This document shows positions 18,949 through 29,961 of a stretch of DNA of 64,000 nt, one piece after another (positions within the stretch are counted from its first letter, which is position 1; each line of letters starts with the position of its first letter). Where the stretch lies: contig JADGBR010000006.1 in assembly GCA_015231405.1 (NCBI GenBank), forward strand, positions 40,218 to 104,217, in the 5' to 3' direction. Below the pieces are notes generated by a model. That model saw only the letters and a program-made list of their open reading frames with translations. It was not told the origin of the DNA and did not search any database. This DNA is from Candidatus Omnitrophota bacterium (GTDB lineage Bacteria > Omnitrophota > Gorgyraeia > Tantalellales > Tantalellaceae). The position numbers and the translations under genes are program-made.

Positions 18949-21900
18949 TCTTCACTGGGGTCCTTATCCAGTATTTCGTCGATCAGGTCAGCCACCTCGC
19001 TTTCATCTTCGGGATCTTCTTCAATTTCCGGGTCGTGGCCCTTATCTCCCGGTTTGATCTTCTTTTTCTTTTTTCTGGTGAATAAGAACGCGACAGCCGC
19101 CGGTATCCCGGTGAAGGCATGGCCAAGAGAGCCCAGCCATTTACCCAGGCTTTCTTTATTAACCGACTTTATAAGTTTCGGAAAATCGTCAAAAACGGAG
19201 TATATGGCCGGAAGGAGCACAAGCGTAATAGGAGTAGCGAATACCAGCCCGCTTATTACCGTTATCGCGAGGGGGTTCCACAGGTTTGACCCCTCGCTTT
19301 TATCCAAAGCCATAGGGAGAAGGCCGAATATTGTCGCCGATTTGGTCATCAAAACCGCCCTGAGCCTGTCATTACCTACCCTGATAAGCATCCTAAAGGG
19401 ATTTTTGAACTTATGCTTTACCTGATTAGCGTGGTCAATGAGTATGATCCCGTTATTGACGACAATGCCTCCCAGCATCATGAGCCCTATCCGCGCGCCC
19501 ATACCCACCGGCGTTTTAGAGAAAAACAGACCGAGCAGTGCCCCCGCGCAGGCCAATGGGACCGTTATAACTATTATCATAAAGGGTTTGGAGAAGGATT
19601 CGAATATCGCGGCCATGACAAGATAGACCAGGAAAAGTATTATTATGAGCGTCAGGTTGGTCTCCTTCTGGGATTGGAGCATGTTCTCGTAATCGCCTCC
19701 AACTTCATAATAATAATCTTCAGGCAGCTTAAGGTCTGACAGCTCCTTAAAAAGCAGGGCTACGGCCTTGTCCAGCGGTATCTCGGCGAGAGACGCACTG
19801 ACCTGTATCATGCGGGACCTGTCTTTGCGCCATATCTCGCTTGGGCCAAGGCCGTACTCGAACTGGGCGGCCTGATCCATTAGGATCTTGTCATCACCCC
19901 TTTTCGACAGAGGCAGAAGATGCATATCCTTGATGGTCCTTCTGTCCTTTTCCGCGAGCCTAAGTATAGTCTCGACCTCGCTGCCTTTATCATGCAGCAT
20001 TGTGGCCCTCACCCCTCGTACCTGAGCATGGACAAGATCGCCTATATCTTTTGTGGTATATCCGAGCTTGGCAGATTTGAGTTTGTCTACCCTGAGCCAG
20101 AGCTCTGGTCGTCCCTCGCGCATCCTTATCTTCGCGTCCTTAAAATACGGGCTTCTACCCATCCTTGTGGTGACGGCTATCGCGATCTCCCTCAGGATAT
20201 CGTAGTTGAACCCGTAAACATTGAGCGTTATCTCCTTAGTACCTACCTCCTGCTCCTCCTCAAAATAAACAAAAGCCGGTGACAACTTAGCCACTTTCGG
20301 TCTTAAACTCTCAATGATCTCGTTAATAGACCTTGTTCTCTTATCGAGCCCGACGAGGTTGACGTAAACCTTGCTCGACCAAGCCTCAACACGCGCCGTG
20401 AAATCCTTCACTTCGGGTACCTCTTTTATCATATCCTCGACTTTTTTTACGACCTCGTCGCTGGCATCAAGCTTGGCCCCGGTAGGCAGCTCGATAAAAA
20501 CCGTAAAACGGTTCTGCTCGGTCGAACCAAGATATTCCTGTCCCAACCGTCCCCATATTAGAGCCGAAGCCACATAAGGCACAATTATCCCGAACGCGAT
20601 GAAAGCGAAACGTCTTCTGAAAACAAATAAAAGCCCCCTCCTCTGGAGCCCGTACAGAGGAATGAGTATCTTAGACTTTGCCAGTTCCTCTCCGCTCGCG
20701 GTCCCCTGGTCCTTGGTGCGTGAACACATGAGCGGCACGACCATAAGCGCGACAAAGAGCGACACGGAAAGAGAGAAAGTGACCGTCCACGCGACACCGC
20801 CGTAAAGGATGCTCATAGATTTACTTATGAAAAGCATAGGCAGGAAAACTATGACAGCCGTCAAAGTGGAAGCGAAGATAACCACGTTCATTTCTGTCGA
20901 GCCGTCAATCGCCGCCGTGATCTTGTCTACCCCGGTCTCCATCTTGGTGGCAATGTTCTCATATACAACGATAGCGTTATCAACAAGCATCCCCACCCCG
21001 AGAGCAAGACCGAACAGGGTCATAAAATTTATCGACATGTTCATTGCCGGGTTCATCATATTGCACATATCCATCACCCCGAACGTGATGATAAGCGATA
21101 TGGGTATCGAAACAGCGACTATGAGTATCGGCCTGTATTTTTTGGTAAAAAGGACCGTAAGGATCGTTAGAACCAGGAAAAATGTCATGAGCCTTGCGGG
21201 GGCGAACCCGGCGGCTATGATCCCCGCAGGCAGGATTATTGCGTATTTATTCTCCCATTTGCTCATGAAAAGGACCAGGACATAAAGTATCATCATCGAT
21301 CCGCGGAGCAGAGAATCCTTAAGATCGTTAATTGATTCGCGTATGAATTCCGACTGGTTCTTCGTAACCTTGATTTTTATGTCTTTTGGCAAAGTGGCCT
21401 TGAGCTCTTCCAACTCTTTCATTATTTCATCCGCAACGGCGATAGTGTTGCCTTTTGACTCTTTCTGGACATACATCGAGACTACGGGATTGAGATTGAT
21501 CCTGGAGTATGTGCTGGCTTCCATGTAAGAATCTTTGACCTCGGCGAAATCCTTCACCCTGACGATAGACCCTTCGGGCTTCGTTGTAACTGGCGTATTC
21601 TTGATCTCTTCGATCTGGTTCAACTGCCCCTTTGCCCTGAGTAGCACCTTGTCGCTCTTCCGCTCGAATTCGCCTATAAGTATATCCAGGTTATTGGACC
21701 CGAGAACGTTTATGATCTGGTTGACCGACACCCCATACCTTGCCAGCATGTTCTTGTCGACCTCGAGGAGTATTTTCCTTTCCCTGCCGCCCCCCACCTC
21801 GACATTGGCCACGCCCTTTACCCTTTTTAAAACGGGCTTAATATCGGTTTCAACGACCTCCTTTATCTCTTCCTGTGTCTTTTTAAGGCTGGTAACTGCA

Positions 21901-22325
21901 AGGATCACGATCGGGGCATCAGACTCTGAGAACTGCGCGATGACAGGCTTTTCGGCCTCTTTAGGCATCTTATCCTTGACCTTGGCGAATTTCTCCCTGA
22001 CGTCCATGGCCGCGATCTCCATGTTCGAACCCTGCTCGAAAGTAAGCACGACAGTGGATTCACCCTCTTTGGATATGGAAAGAAGCCCCTTAAGGTGCGC
22101 TACCGTGCTCACCGCCTCCTCTACCTGGAGCGTCACCATGGCCTCGCATTCGGTAGGGGGGACGCCTCCCCTGATATATACGATTATACTTATCTGTCCG
22201 TAGGAAACATCGGGGTAAAGCTCAACCGGAAGCCGGGTAAGAGCTATTACGCCGAACAGGCACAACGAGAAGAATATCATCAACGTCGTGACAGGTCTTG
22301 CTATGGCGAAACTGGATAGGCTCAT
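18921..22325 (-). CDS. RND-family efflux transporter (AcrB/HAE1-like) with an acidic C-terminal tail
   Basis: 1134 aa with 12-TM RND topology signatures. The C-terminal tail is KKKKKIKPGDKGHDPEIEEDPEDESEVADLIDEILDKDPSEDQD. Confidence 0.9.
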   Translation of the reverse strand: MSLSSFAIARPVTTLMIFFSLCLFGVIALTRLPVELYPDVSYGQISIIVYIRGGVPPTECEAMVTLQVEEAVSTVAHLKGLLSISKEGESTVVLTFEQGSNMEIAAMDVREKFAKVKDKMPKEAEKPVIAQFSESDAPIVILAVTSLKKTQEEIKEVVETDIKPVLKRVKGVANVEVGGGRERKILLEVDKNMLARYGVSVNQIINVLGSNNLDILIGEFERKSDKVLLRAKGQLNQIEEIKNTPVTTKPEGSIVRVKDFAEVKDSYMEASTYSRINLNPVVSMYVQKESKGNTIAVADEIMKELEELKATLPKDIKIKVTKNQSEFIRESINDLKDSLLRGSMMILYVLVLFMSKWENKYAIILPAGIIAAGFAPARLMTFFLVLTILTVLFTKKYRPILIVAVSIPISLIITFGVMDMCNMMNPAMNMSINFMTLFGLALGVGMLVDNAIVVYENIATKMETGVDKITAAIDGSTEMNVVIFASTLTAVIVFLPMLFISKSMSILYGGVAWTVTFSLSVSLFVALMVVPLMCSRTKDQGTASGEELAKSKILIPLYGLQRRGLLFVFRRRFAFIAFGIIVPYVASALIWGRLGQEYLGSTEQNRFTVFIELPTGAKLDASDEVVKKVEDMIKEVPEVKDFTARVEAWSSKVYVNLVGLDKRTRSINEIIESLRPKVAKLSPAFVYFEEEQEVGTKEITLNVYGFNYDILREIAIAVTTRMGRSPYFKDAKIRMREGRPELWLRVDKLKSAKLGYTTKDIGDLVHAQVRGVRATMLHDKGSEVETILRLAEKDRRTIKDMHLLPLSKRGDDKILMDQAAQFEYGLGPSEIWRKDRSRMIQVSASLAEIPLDKAVALLFKELSDLKLPEDYYYEVGGDYENMLQSQKETNLTLIIILFLVYLVMAAIFESFSKPFMIIVITVPLACAGALLGLFFSKTPVGMGARIGLMMLGGIVVNNGIILIDHANQVKHKFKNPFRMLIRVGNDRLRAVLMTKSATIFGLLPMALDKSEGSNLWNPLAITVISGLVFATPITLVLLPAIYSVFDDFPKLIKSVNKESLGKWLGSLGHAFTGIPAAVAFLFTRKKKKKIKPGDKGHDPEIEEDPEDESEVADLIDEILDKDPSEDQDREGGAS

Positions 22326-22326
22326 T

Positions 22327-25300
22327 TTATTTGACCGGTTTGTTTTTCCGGGCGCGGAATGAAACGACGGCGCTTTTAACCTTGGCCAGAGAAACCCGCC
22401 ATTTCTCCTGGATCTCGCCTTCGATAACGTATATAGCCGGTATGACGAAAAGGGTCAGCGACGTCGAAACGGCCATTCCACCGGCAACCGAGATAGCCAT
22501 GGGTCTCTGAAGTTCCGCACCTCGCCCGGAAGCCAGGATCATCGGGAAAAGCCCAAGAACTGTACTGAATGCCGTCATCATTATAGGACGGAGCCGTGTC
22601 AGCCCGGCCTCTATTATCGCGTCGTGTCGGCTCAGCCCCTTTTCTTTTACCAGCAGGTTGGTGAAATCGATGAGTACTATACCGTTATTGACGACTATAC
22701 CCCCGAGAATTACGACCCCGAGAAGAGAGATAACGTTCACCGAGGTCTTCGTAAAGTACAGCGCGAGGATAACGCCTATTATCGAAAGTGGAACGGTAAA
22801 AAGTATAATGAAGGGTTGCGTTATCGATTCAAACTGCGCCGCCATTACCATGTATACAAGAAGTATGGACAGGGTTATCGCGAAAACAAGGCTGGCAAAT
22901 GATTTTTTCATTTCCTCCGACTCACCTCCCATCCTCACCCTATAGTTCTTTTCCACTTCCACATTCTTAAGCGCCGCCTCTATCTCCGTGTTAACATCGG
23001 ATATTTTCCGCTGCGAGACATTTGCCGAGACCGTTATGGTCTTTTCCTGGCTGATACGCCGTATTTCGCTCGGGCCCATGCCCTGCTCGAACTTAACGAC
23101 CTTGCTTAAGGGAACAGGTCCGGCGACGGGGCTATTCACGATCAGCCGCTGGATCTTCGAGTACTGGTCCCTGTCCTTTTTCTTAAGAACAACTCTGATA
23201 TCGATTTCCTTACCTTTCTCCTTGAACTGCGACGGTATATAACCTCTGATAACCGTTTGTGCCATTCTAGCCAGATCCACGACGGAGAGGTTGTACAAAG
23301 CCGCTTTATCCTTATCGATAATTATCCTGACCTCTGGGATGGGGTCAGGGAAATCGTCCTCGATTCCAAATATTCCTTTTATCCCTTCCAGTTTCTCCCT
23401 GACCCTTTTAGCTATTTTCCCTATCACTTCGAGGTCCTCGCCTTTTATTTCCACGGCTATCGGCTTTGCGCTGCCTCCAAAAGCTCCCGACATGATACCC
23501 TGTTGTATGAGCACTTCTATTGTGGCTCCCCTAAAAGCCTTTCCCTTGAGAACGGGAACAAGAATGTCCACTATCTCCGACGTAGTCCGTTTTTTGTTGT
23601 CTTTCAGAGCGACCATGATCTGCGCCTGGTTGGAACCTATGCTCTTGATTATGTCCTTGGTGGACTCCCCTTTTTCGGCACCCACAATGGTGTTGATGGT
23701 AGCCGCTTCGGGAACGATCCGCGATATCGTATCCTCTACTCTTTCCACTGTCCGGTTGGTCTCTTCGACTATCGTCCCCACCGGAAGGTCGACTTTCACC
23801 ATGAACTCACCCTGGTCCGCTTTTGGCATAAGTTCTTTATCCAGAGATCCCCACAACATAAGGCTCCCAAGAAAAAGGGCGAGCATCCCTAGAAGGCCTA
23901 ACCCCTTAACCTTCATAAAAGCGCGTAGTGCACCCTCGTAGAGTTTCACTAATTTCATCCAACCCTTTCCACCGGTGAAAAGGTCAGCTGATTTCACACC
24001 GCCTTTCCCCAGTCCCATTTTGAGGCTCATAAGCGGTATGGTCATGATGGCCACTACCAGCGAGATTATCTGGCAAAATGTTATCGTGAACGATATCTGT
24101 TTAAAAAGCTGGCCCGCTATACCTATGACAAACACCATGGGAAGGAATACCGATACGGATGTCAGGGTGGAAGCGATGACGGCGTTAACGACCTCGTCCG
24201 TTCCTTTTTCGGCGGCCACGCTCATCTCAGAACCCATCTCTTTGTGCCTGAAAATATTCTCGATTATAACTACGGCATTATCGAGCATCATCCCTACCCC
24301 GAGGGCTAATCCGCCCATGCTCATTATGTTGATCGATATCCCCGGGAAATACATGAAAATGAACACTATGACGACTGTTATAGGGATATTCACAGTGACG
24401 ATGAACGCGGTCTTCATATTCTTGAGAAATATATAAAGAGTTATGAAGGCGAGCACCGCGCCCTGCCACGCTGCATCGGTAACCGACCGGATAGCGTCCT
24501 TAATGAACACAGACTGGTCCAGAGTAACGTTTATCTGTATGTCTTTCGGAACTTTGTCCTTCATCGCCACTATGGCTTTGCGGACCTTCTCAACGACTTG
24601 TATGGTATTTGCCTGCGACTGTTTCTGTATAGAAATGGAGATATTCTCCTTGCGGTTATACCGGGAGAAACTGCTCTTTTCCTTGAAGGTATCTTTTACT
24701 TCAGCGACGTCTTTCAGCAGCACCACATTAACGACCTTGCTGATTTCAAGTTTTTTCAGGGATATGCCGTAATTCTCCTGCTGACCCTCTCCCTGTTCGT
24801 CCGCATTGCTCGCGATCACGACGTCCTTCAATTCGTCCATCTTCTCGAACTCGCCGAGCGTCCTTATCATGTACTCATAAAAGCTCTCCTTTATAGTACC
24901 CGCCGGATAATTAAGGTTCGAGTTAGTTATCGCGTCTGATATGGTGAGTATTGGAACATTGTAGTTAGAAAGTTTCCCCTGGTCGATATCGACCAGTATC
25001 TCACGTTCCAACCCGCCTTCTACAGAGGCCGAAGCGACGCCTTCGACCTTCTCAAGCTCGTCTTTTATCCTATCCTTGGCTATTCTGCGAAGGTCCAGAA
25101 GGTCCCTGTTCCCGGTAACGCTGAGGCGCATGATAGGCATATCGAAGGGGTTGAACATGACGACAAGGGGCTCCGTGGCGTCCCTGGGGAGACCCGCCTT
25201 AACGAGATCGACCTTTTCACGGACACGCAGCGAAGCGAAGTCCATGTTCTGATCCCAGTCAAACTCGGCGAAAACCAGCGAAACGCCCTCTTTAGAGATC

Positions 25301-25545
25301 GAACGTATGGCCCTGATGCCGCTGGCCGTTCCTACAGCCTCTTCGATGGGTTTCGTGAGAAGGGTCTCCACTTCCTGGGGAGCGGCATTCGCATACCCGG
25401 TAAAAATGGTCAACTGTGGGTATTTGATCTCGGGGAAAAGCTCCATCGGCATCTTAAGCAGCGAAATAATGCCGAAAAGACCCAGCCCGAGATAGATCAT
25501 CACGGTGGTAACAGGCCGGTTTATCGAGAACGACGCTAAAGTCAT
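22327..25545 (-). CDS. RND-family efflux transporter (second pump, in tandem)
   Basis: The ORF runs to 25611; the likely start is MTLASFSINRPV at 25545. Its stop is 2 bp from the start of the downstream RND gene. Confidence 0.9.
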   Translation of the reverse strand: MTLASFSINRPVTTVMIYLGLGLFGIISLLKMPMELFPEIKYPQLTIFTGYANAAPQEVETLLTKPIEEAVGTASGIRAIRSISKEGVSLVFAEFDWDQNMDFASLRVREKVDLVKAGLPRDATEPLVVMFNPFDMPIMRLSVTGNRDLLDLRRIAKDRIKDELEKVEGVASASVEGGLEREILVDIDQGKLSNYNVPILTISDAITNSNLNYPAGTIKESFYEYMIRTLGEFEKMDELKDVVIASNADEQGEGQQENYGISLKKLEISKVVNVVLLKDVAEVKDTFKEKSSFSRYNRKENISISIQKQSQANTIQVVEKVRKAIVAMKDKVPKDIQINVTLDQSVFIKDAIRSVTDAAWQGAVLAFITLYIFLKNMKTAFIVTVNIPITVVIVFIFMYFPGISINIMSMGGLALGVGMMLDNAVVIIENIFRHKEMGSEMSVAAEKGTDEVVNAVIASTLTSVSVFLPMVFVIGIAGQLFKQISFTITFCQIISLVVAIMTIPLMSLKMGLGKGGVKSADLFTGGKGWMKLVKLYEGALRAFMKVKGLGLLGMLALFLGSLMLWGSLDKELMPKADQGEFMVKVDLPVGTIVEETNRTVERVEDTISRIVPEAATINTIVGAEKGESTKDIIKSIGSNQAQIMVALKDNKKRTTSEIVDILVPVLKGKAFRGATIEVLIQQGIMSGAFGGSAKPIAVEIKGEDLEVIGKIAKRVREKLEGIKGIFGIEDDFPDPIPEVRIIIDKDKAALYNLSVVDLARMAQTVIRGYIPSQFKEKGKEIDIRVVLKKKDRDQYSKIQRLIVNSPVAGPVPLSKVVKFEQGMGPSEIRRISQEKTITVSANVSQRKISDVNTEIEAALKNVEVEKNYRVRMGGESEEMKKSFASLVFAITLSILLVYMVMAAQFESITQPFIILFTVPLSIIGVILALYFTKTSVNVISLLGVVILGGIVVNNGIVLIDFTNLLVKEKGLSRHDAIIEAGLTRLRPIMMTAFSTVLGLFPMILASGRGAELQRPMAISVAGGMAVSTSLTLFVIPAIYVIEGEIQEKWRVSLAKVKSAVVSFRARKNKPVK

Positions 25546-25744
25546 GTTATCCTTTAGAATCCAGAATTCAGAATCCAGAATCCAGAATTCGTCATACCAG
25601 AACGGAAGCATATCATCAATTGCTTCATGGTATCTCTTCCAAATATCACATTAACGATCCATATTTTAAGCATTAAATACCTTTCACGCTCCGTCTTCCG
25701 TGATTCTGGCTTTGGGATCTTATCTTCATTATCCCTAACCAACA

Positions 25745-27163
25745 CTAAAAGAGCGTTTCCTGAACTTCAGTTATTTCAACCTTATCCCCGCTCTTGAATT
25801 CCTGGTGAAGTTCGCGGACAATGAGCTCGCCTTCTTCAAGCCCTTTAGCGACTTCAGCCATATCATGAGTAAGGTACTCTATCTCTATTTTCTTTTCCTC
25901 GATCACACCGCTCTCTGTCTCGGCTTCTCCTGCTCCGGGAGCACCCATATCGGATATTTCACCTGAAATGTCCTCGCCCCCCGCAGGCTCCGCTCCAGGA
26001 ACGGACGAAGCGCCCGGAGTACCGGATTTTTCACCGGCGCTGTCCAGACTTCCTCCGGCCGCCTCTTTAGGCGCCTTACTCTGTTCTTTTCCGATCCCGT
26101 TCTCTTTACCCTTTTCGCCTTCTTCTTCCGGATTTTCAGAGACAGCGCCTTCTTCCCCGTCTTCCTCAACTTTCTCCTCTTTTTTAACCACGTAGATGAA
26201 GTACTCCTGTTCTTTCTTTTTGAACGCGGAAGCCGGTATCATCATAGCGTCCTTTTTCTCATAAATATTTATAACGGCTCTCGCGAACATACCGGGCCTC
26301 AACATGTCGTCCTTGTTATCGATCTCCACTTTTATCTTCTGTGTGCGGGTACGGCCTTCTATCATCGGAGCGATCATATCCACCGTCCCCGTGAATGTCT
26401 CACCTGGGTAAGCGTCAAGGTATATCTCCATCGTCTGGCCTAGCTTCAGCTTCGGGGAATCCTCTTCGATGACCTCGAACACGGAATAAACCTTGCTATA
26501 ATCAAGAAATGTACCGATCTTGTCCTGACTCGTCACATAAGCCCCCGCGAATTTATCCTTGCTGCCCAGGTATCCGTCTCCGGGAGCGTAAATATTGGTC
26601 TTTTCGAGGTCTCTTTTCGCCGATTCGTATTCCAGTTTTTTCTGCTCGTAAGGAAGTTTGTCAGTGGCTCCCAGTTCATAAAGCTTTTTGTTCTTTTCAA
26701 GGTCCAGTGCGGCATACTTCAATTTCAATAAAGAGTCACGCTGGTTCAAGCTCGCGATTATATCGCCCTCCAGTATCCTTTCCCCTTCCTCAAAGTTAAA
26801 ACTCTCCAGCATCCCGTTCTCCTCGAATTTGAGCTCAATTTCCTTCGCCCCCTGTATCCTTCCCATTACCGGCAGAGTGTCTTTGAAATCCATCCTTTTC
26901 ACCTTATAGACCTTCACCGGGATCGTTTCCAGAAATTCGACCTTCTCCTTCTCATCCTCTTTCTTCCCGAAGATAATGGACTTGATCTGCTCCGAAGATC
27001 TTGCCAGAATAAGCCCTAGCACCAGAACACCGAGAGCTATCCAGAGGTAGTTTTTCTTGATTTTTTTGGGATCGACCTTCATCTTGACAAGAAGTTTACC
27101 GAACGGCGCGAAAATATTAAGCCTCTTCAATAACGATACTTTAACTTTCTTTTCGTTTTCCAT
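25745..27163 (-). CDS. Periplasmic adaptor / membrane fusion protein (HlyD family) with a long acidic, Gly-rich C-terminal tail
   Basis: N-terminal TM helix, a biotinyl/lipoyl-like hairpin and a beta-barrel region. A low-complexity tail of about 130 aa follows (EEDGEEGAVSENPEEEGEKGKENG…). Confidence 0.8.
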   Translation of the reverse strand: MENEKKVKVSLLKRLNIFAPFGKLLVKMKVDPKKIKKNYLWIALGVLVLGLILARSSEQIKSIIFGKKEDEKEKVEFLETIPVKVYKVKRMDFKDTLPVMGRIQGAKEIELKFEENGMLESFNFEEGERILEGDIIASLNQRDSLLKLKYAALDLEKNKKLYELGATDKLPYEQKKLEYESAKRDLEKTNIYAPGDGYLGSKDKFAGAYVTSQDKIGTFLDYSKVYSVFEVIEEDSPKLKLGQTMEIYLDAYPGETFTGTVDMIAPMIEGRTRTQKIKVEIDNKDDMLRPGMFARAVINIYEKKDAMMIPASAFKKKEQEYFIYVVKKEEKVEEDGEEGAVSENPEEEGEKGKENGIGKEQSKAPKEAAGGSLDSAGEKSGTPGASSVPGAEPAGGEDISGEISDMGAPGAGEAETESGVIEEKKIEIEYLTHDMAEVAKGLEEGELIVRELHQEFKSGDKVEITEVQETLF

Positions 27164-27188
27164 TTATGCCCTCCATATGGACCAGAGC

Positions 27189-29885
27189 TCATTTGTTGTC
27201 GTTTTTCTCTTGTCCCTTCTCACCGGCGTCGGGTTTAACCCCGAGCTTTTTCCACTCATCATATTCTTCGTTCTCATATTCCGGCCTGAAGAATTCGGGT
27301 ATCCCTATAGCCTTGTTAAGCCCTACTATTGAAAGATAATATTCCGTATAGGACTGCACTACTCCATATACCATATCCCTCAGTTTCGTGAGCTCATCAA
27401 TGATCCCGGGTATATCGACCTCGCCGTAAAGCCTCTTTTGTTCGGCTATCTCAGTCTGCCTTTTCTGCTGCTCAAGCTGGACCAGGGACATGTCCATCTG
27501 GATAAGCGATTTCCTGTACTTGAAATAAGTTTCCTTTACCGCGATCATAACGTCCTGTTTGGCTTTCTCGTACTCGTACTTCGCCCTGTCGAACCCTACG
27601 AGCGTTTCCTCAATCTCGGAGAAGTACGTAAGGTTATCCAGGACTTTCATTGAAAAATAATTCGTCGCCGTCTCGGACCCCCTGAACGCCGATACCGTGG
27701 GAGACCATTTCTCCTTAACGTAGTTATGTTCGAGGGTGTTGCCCCAGAAAGGTATGTCTGTTTTAACTCCGACATACCATTCCGATTCAAGATCACGTTT
27801 GGACCTTTCCTTGAACCCGGTGGCGTCTTCGGCCTCATAATCCGCCTCCCTGTCCAGGGGCTGGTAATTCTCGTAAGCCAGGCCGAAATTACCATTGAAC
27901 TCTACTTTAGGCCAGGCTTTCGCTTTTACCATTTTACGGTCGAAATTATAATAATCCAGAACGGTCAGCTTCATCCTTATGTCAGGGGAGTTGGCCAGCG
28001 CTAACTGGTAACAGTTGGCGATCCCAATGGAAAGCAGTTTACCCGGAGGGCTGACCGGTTTTATCCCGAAGTTGTCGTCCGGATCCATCGACATAGCCTG
28101 AAGGAGGATCAATCTCGCCAGGGACACGTCCTCCTCCGATGACATATTCTCGAAATCCACCTGCATGTTGGAGGCCTTGACCTTAAGCAAAACGACCGGA
28201 GTAATGACATCGGCCTCCTGGAGCTTAACGGTTATTTCATAGAAGCGGTTGACTTGCTTCTGGAGTTCTTCCTGTTGGGCGAGGGCTTTTATCGCTTTAT
28301 CGAGGTTGTAATATCCCTTTTTTACCTCCTCGATGAGTTCTCCCTTTATCTTGAGGCATTCGAGCCTTACATTCTCTACGTTCGCCTCGGACTGTCTAAG
28401 AGCCCAGTATTTCTCGAAACCATCGAAAACATTCTGCTTAATCTCCATCTGGTATTTTTTGCCCTGATAATGCCTGGGGCTCATCGTCCCGTAACTTATT
28501 TCGTGTTTAAGGGTCAGCTCCGGGAGTATCTCCCTCCTGGATTGCTCCACCCGTTTCTCCGCTAGGTTCACCTGCCTTTCGGCGACCCTTAATCGCGGGG
28601 TGCGCGCGAGCGCTATCTGAACACATTCGTCTATGGAATATGTCCGGCCTTTCCTTACGTCTTCTTCGCCAAGCTCATATTTCGGGACCTTTAAAGGCTC
28701 TGTCAGTCTCTCATACCATGGTTTGGGAGGAGCGTTGTCCTTGACGGCGTCGCGGAGCAAGGCTTTATCCGACTCCGTCATCTCTTTCCTATTTGACGCC
28801 TCAAGGCGTTGACGGTTATAGTAGATCTCGTCCTTATCTATCTCGTCCAGAAGGTCCATGAGCTCCTTACTGTCCGGGTCCATCTTAAAAGCTTCCCGGA
28901 CGCAAGCCCTGGCTTCAGGGTATGATCTCTCATTCTTATAAACTTTTGCCTGCATGACAAGCTCTTTGAACATGTCGTATCCGGGATCCTCTATTGTAGC
29001 CGGCTTGACCACCTTCCTCTCCGGAACGGGCTCATCCTCCCGAGCCGTTTTATCAGAGCCGGTCACTTCTTGGGACACGCCCGGGGTCTGCTTAACTTCA
29101 CCCGTATCCTTCGAGCCGCTGAAAAGGCCTTTTATTTTTGAAAATACCGGAAATTTACCGTTATTTGGCTCGGCTTGTTTTCGGGGTTTTGCCGCCGCTT
29201 CCCGTTCAGCGCTTTTCGTTTGTACCTCCGGCTGGACTTTCGCGGCTTCTTTGGCTTGCTCTTTATTTTTTTCTTTTGTTCTTTTAACTTTCCCGGTCTT
29301 CTTCCCATCTATGGTCAGTTCTTTATGTTCCGTTATTTTGACTCCCTGGCCGTCTTCCACTCCAACGGCAGTATCAAGAAGTTTTTTTGCCGTCGAGTTC
29401 CCCGGATCGATCGAAAGGATCTCCTTCGCGGCCGCTTTCGCTTCGCCGGACTCCCCGTTCTCAAGAGCTTTCTTGGCTTTATCCAACAGCTGCACCACCC
29501 TCATTTTTTGTTGTGTCGCTCTTGGGATCTCACCGCCGGTACCGTTCTCATTCTCTTCAATATAGGCTTTTCCCTCCCCAGGAGACTCTCCGGCGGCTAC
29601 ATAAAGAAGTTTCCTGGCGTGGATATTTCCCGGATCGATATCCAGTATCGCCCGGGCGGCTTTTCCCGCGCCCTCAAGGTCCTCTCTCCCAAGCGACTCT
29701 TTCGCTTCATCAAGAAGACGGACGACATCTAGCTTCTGTTTTGTCCCCGGGACCATAGTCCCTCCGGCCGCTTTACCCTGAGCGGCCCCGGCCGAAACAG
29801 CGTGAAAAAAAACAGATAATATTACCGGCAGGAAAACAGATAATATCTTCCGAAAACCAATATTACGGACAAACCTCAATTCCAC
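27189..29885 (-). CDS. Outer-membrane efflux protein (TolC-like OMF) with an N-terminal extension of about 350 aa containing duplicated segments
   Basis: C-terminal OEP repeats (…CYQLALANSPDIRM…). The N-terminal region has duplicated modules (ILDIDPGNIHARKLL / ILSIDPGNSTAKKLL) and K/E-rich low complexity. Confidence 0.8.
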   Translation of the reverse strand: MELRFVRNIGFRKILSVFLPVILSVFFHAVSAGAAQGKAAGGTMVPGTKQKLDVVRLLDEAKESLGREDLEGAGKAARAILDIDPGNIHARKLLYVAAGESPGEGKAYIEENENGTGGEIPRATQQKMRVVQLLDKAKKALENGESGEAKAAAKEILSIDPGNSTAKKLLDTAVGVEDGQGVKITEHKELTIDGKKTGKVKRTKEKNKEQAKEAAKVQPEVQTKSAEREAAAKPRKQAEPNNGKFPVFSKIKGLFSGSKDTGEVKQTPGVSQEVTGSDKTAREDEPVPERKVVKPATIEDPGYDMFKELVMQAKVYKNERSYPEARACVREAFKMDPDSKELMDLLDEIDKDEIYYNRQRLEASNRKEMTESDKALLRDAVKDNAPPKPWYERLTEPLKVPKYELGEEDVRKGRTYSIDECVQIALARTPRLRVAERQVNLAEKRVEQSRREILPELTLKHEISYGTMSPRHYQGKKYQMEIKQNVFDGFEKYWALRQSEANVENVRLECLKIKGELIEEVKKGYYNLDKAIKALAQQEELQKQVNRFYEITVKLQEADVITPVVLLKVKASNMQVDFENMSSEEDVSLARLILLQAMSMDPDDNFGIKPVSPPGKLLSIGIANCYQLALANSPDIRMKLTVLDYYNFDRKMVKAKAWPKVEFNGNFGLAYENYQPLDREADYEAEDATGFKERSKRDLESEWYVGVKTDIPFWGNTLEHNYVKEKWSPTVSAFRGSETATNYFSMKVLDNLTYFSEIEETLVGFDRAKYEYEKAKQDVMIAVKETYFKYRKSLIQMDMSLVQLEQQKRQTEIAEQKRLYGEVDIPGIIDELTKLRDMVYGVVQSYTEYYLSIVGLNKAIGIPEFFRPEYENEEYDEWKKLGVKPDAGEKGQEKNDNK

Positions 29886-29961
29886 GTGAACTCCCCAGAA
29901 GAGCGATTTAGATCTATGAGATAACGAGAAATAATGTTTTAAAACACTTTAAAACCATTCT

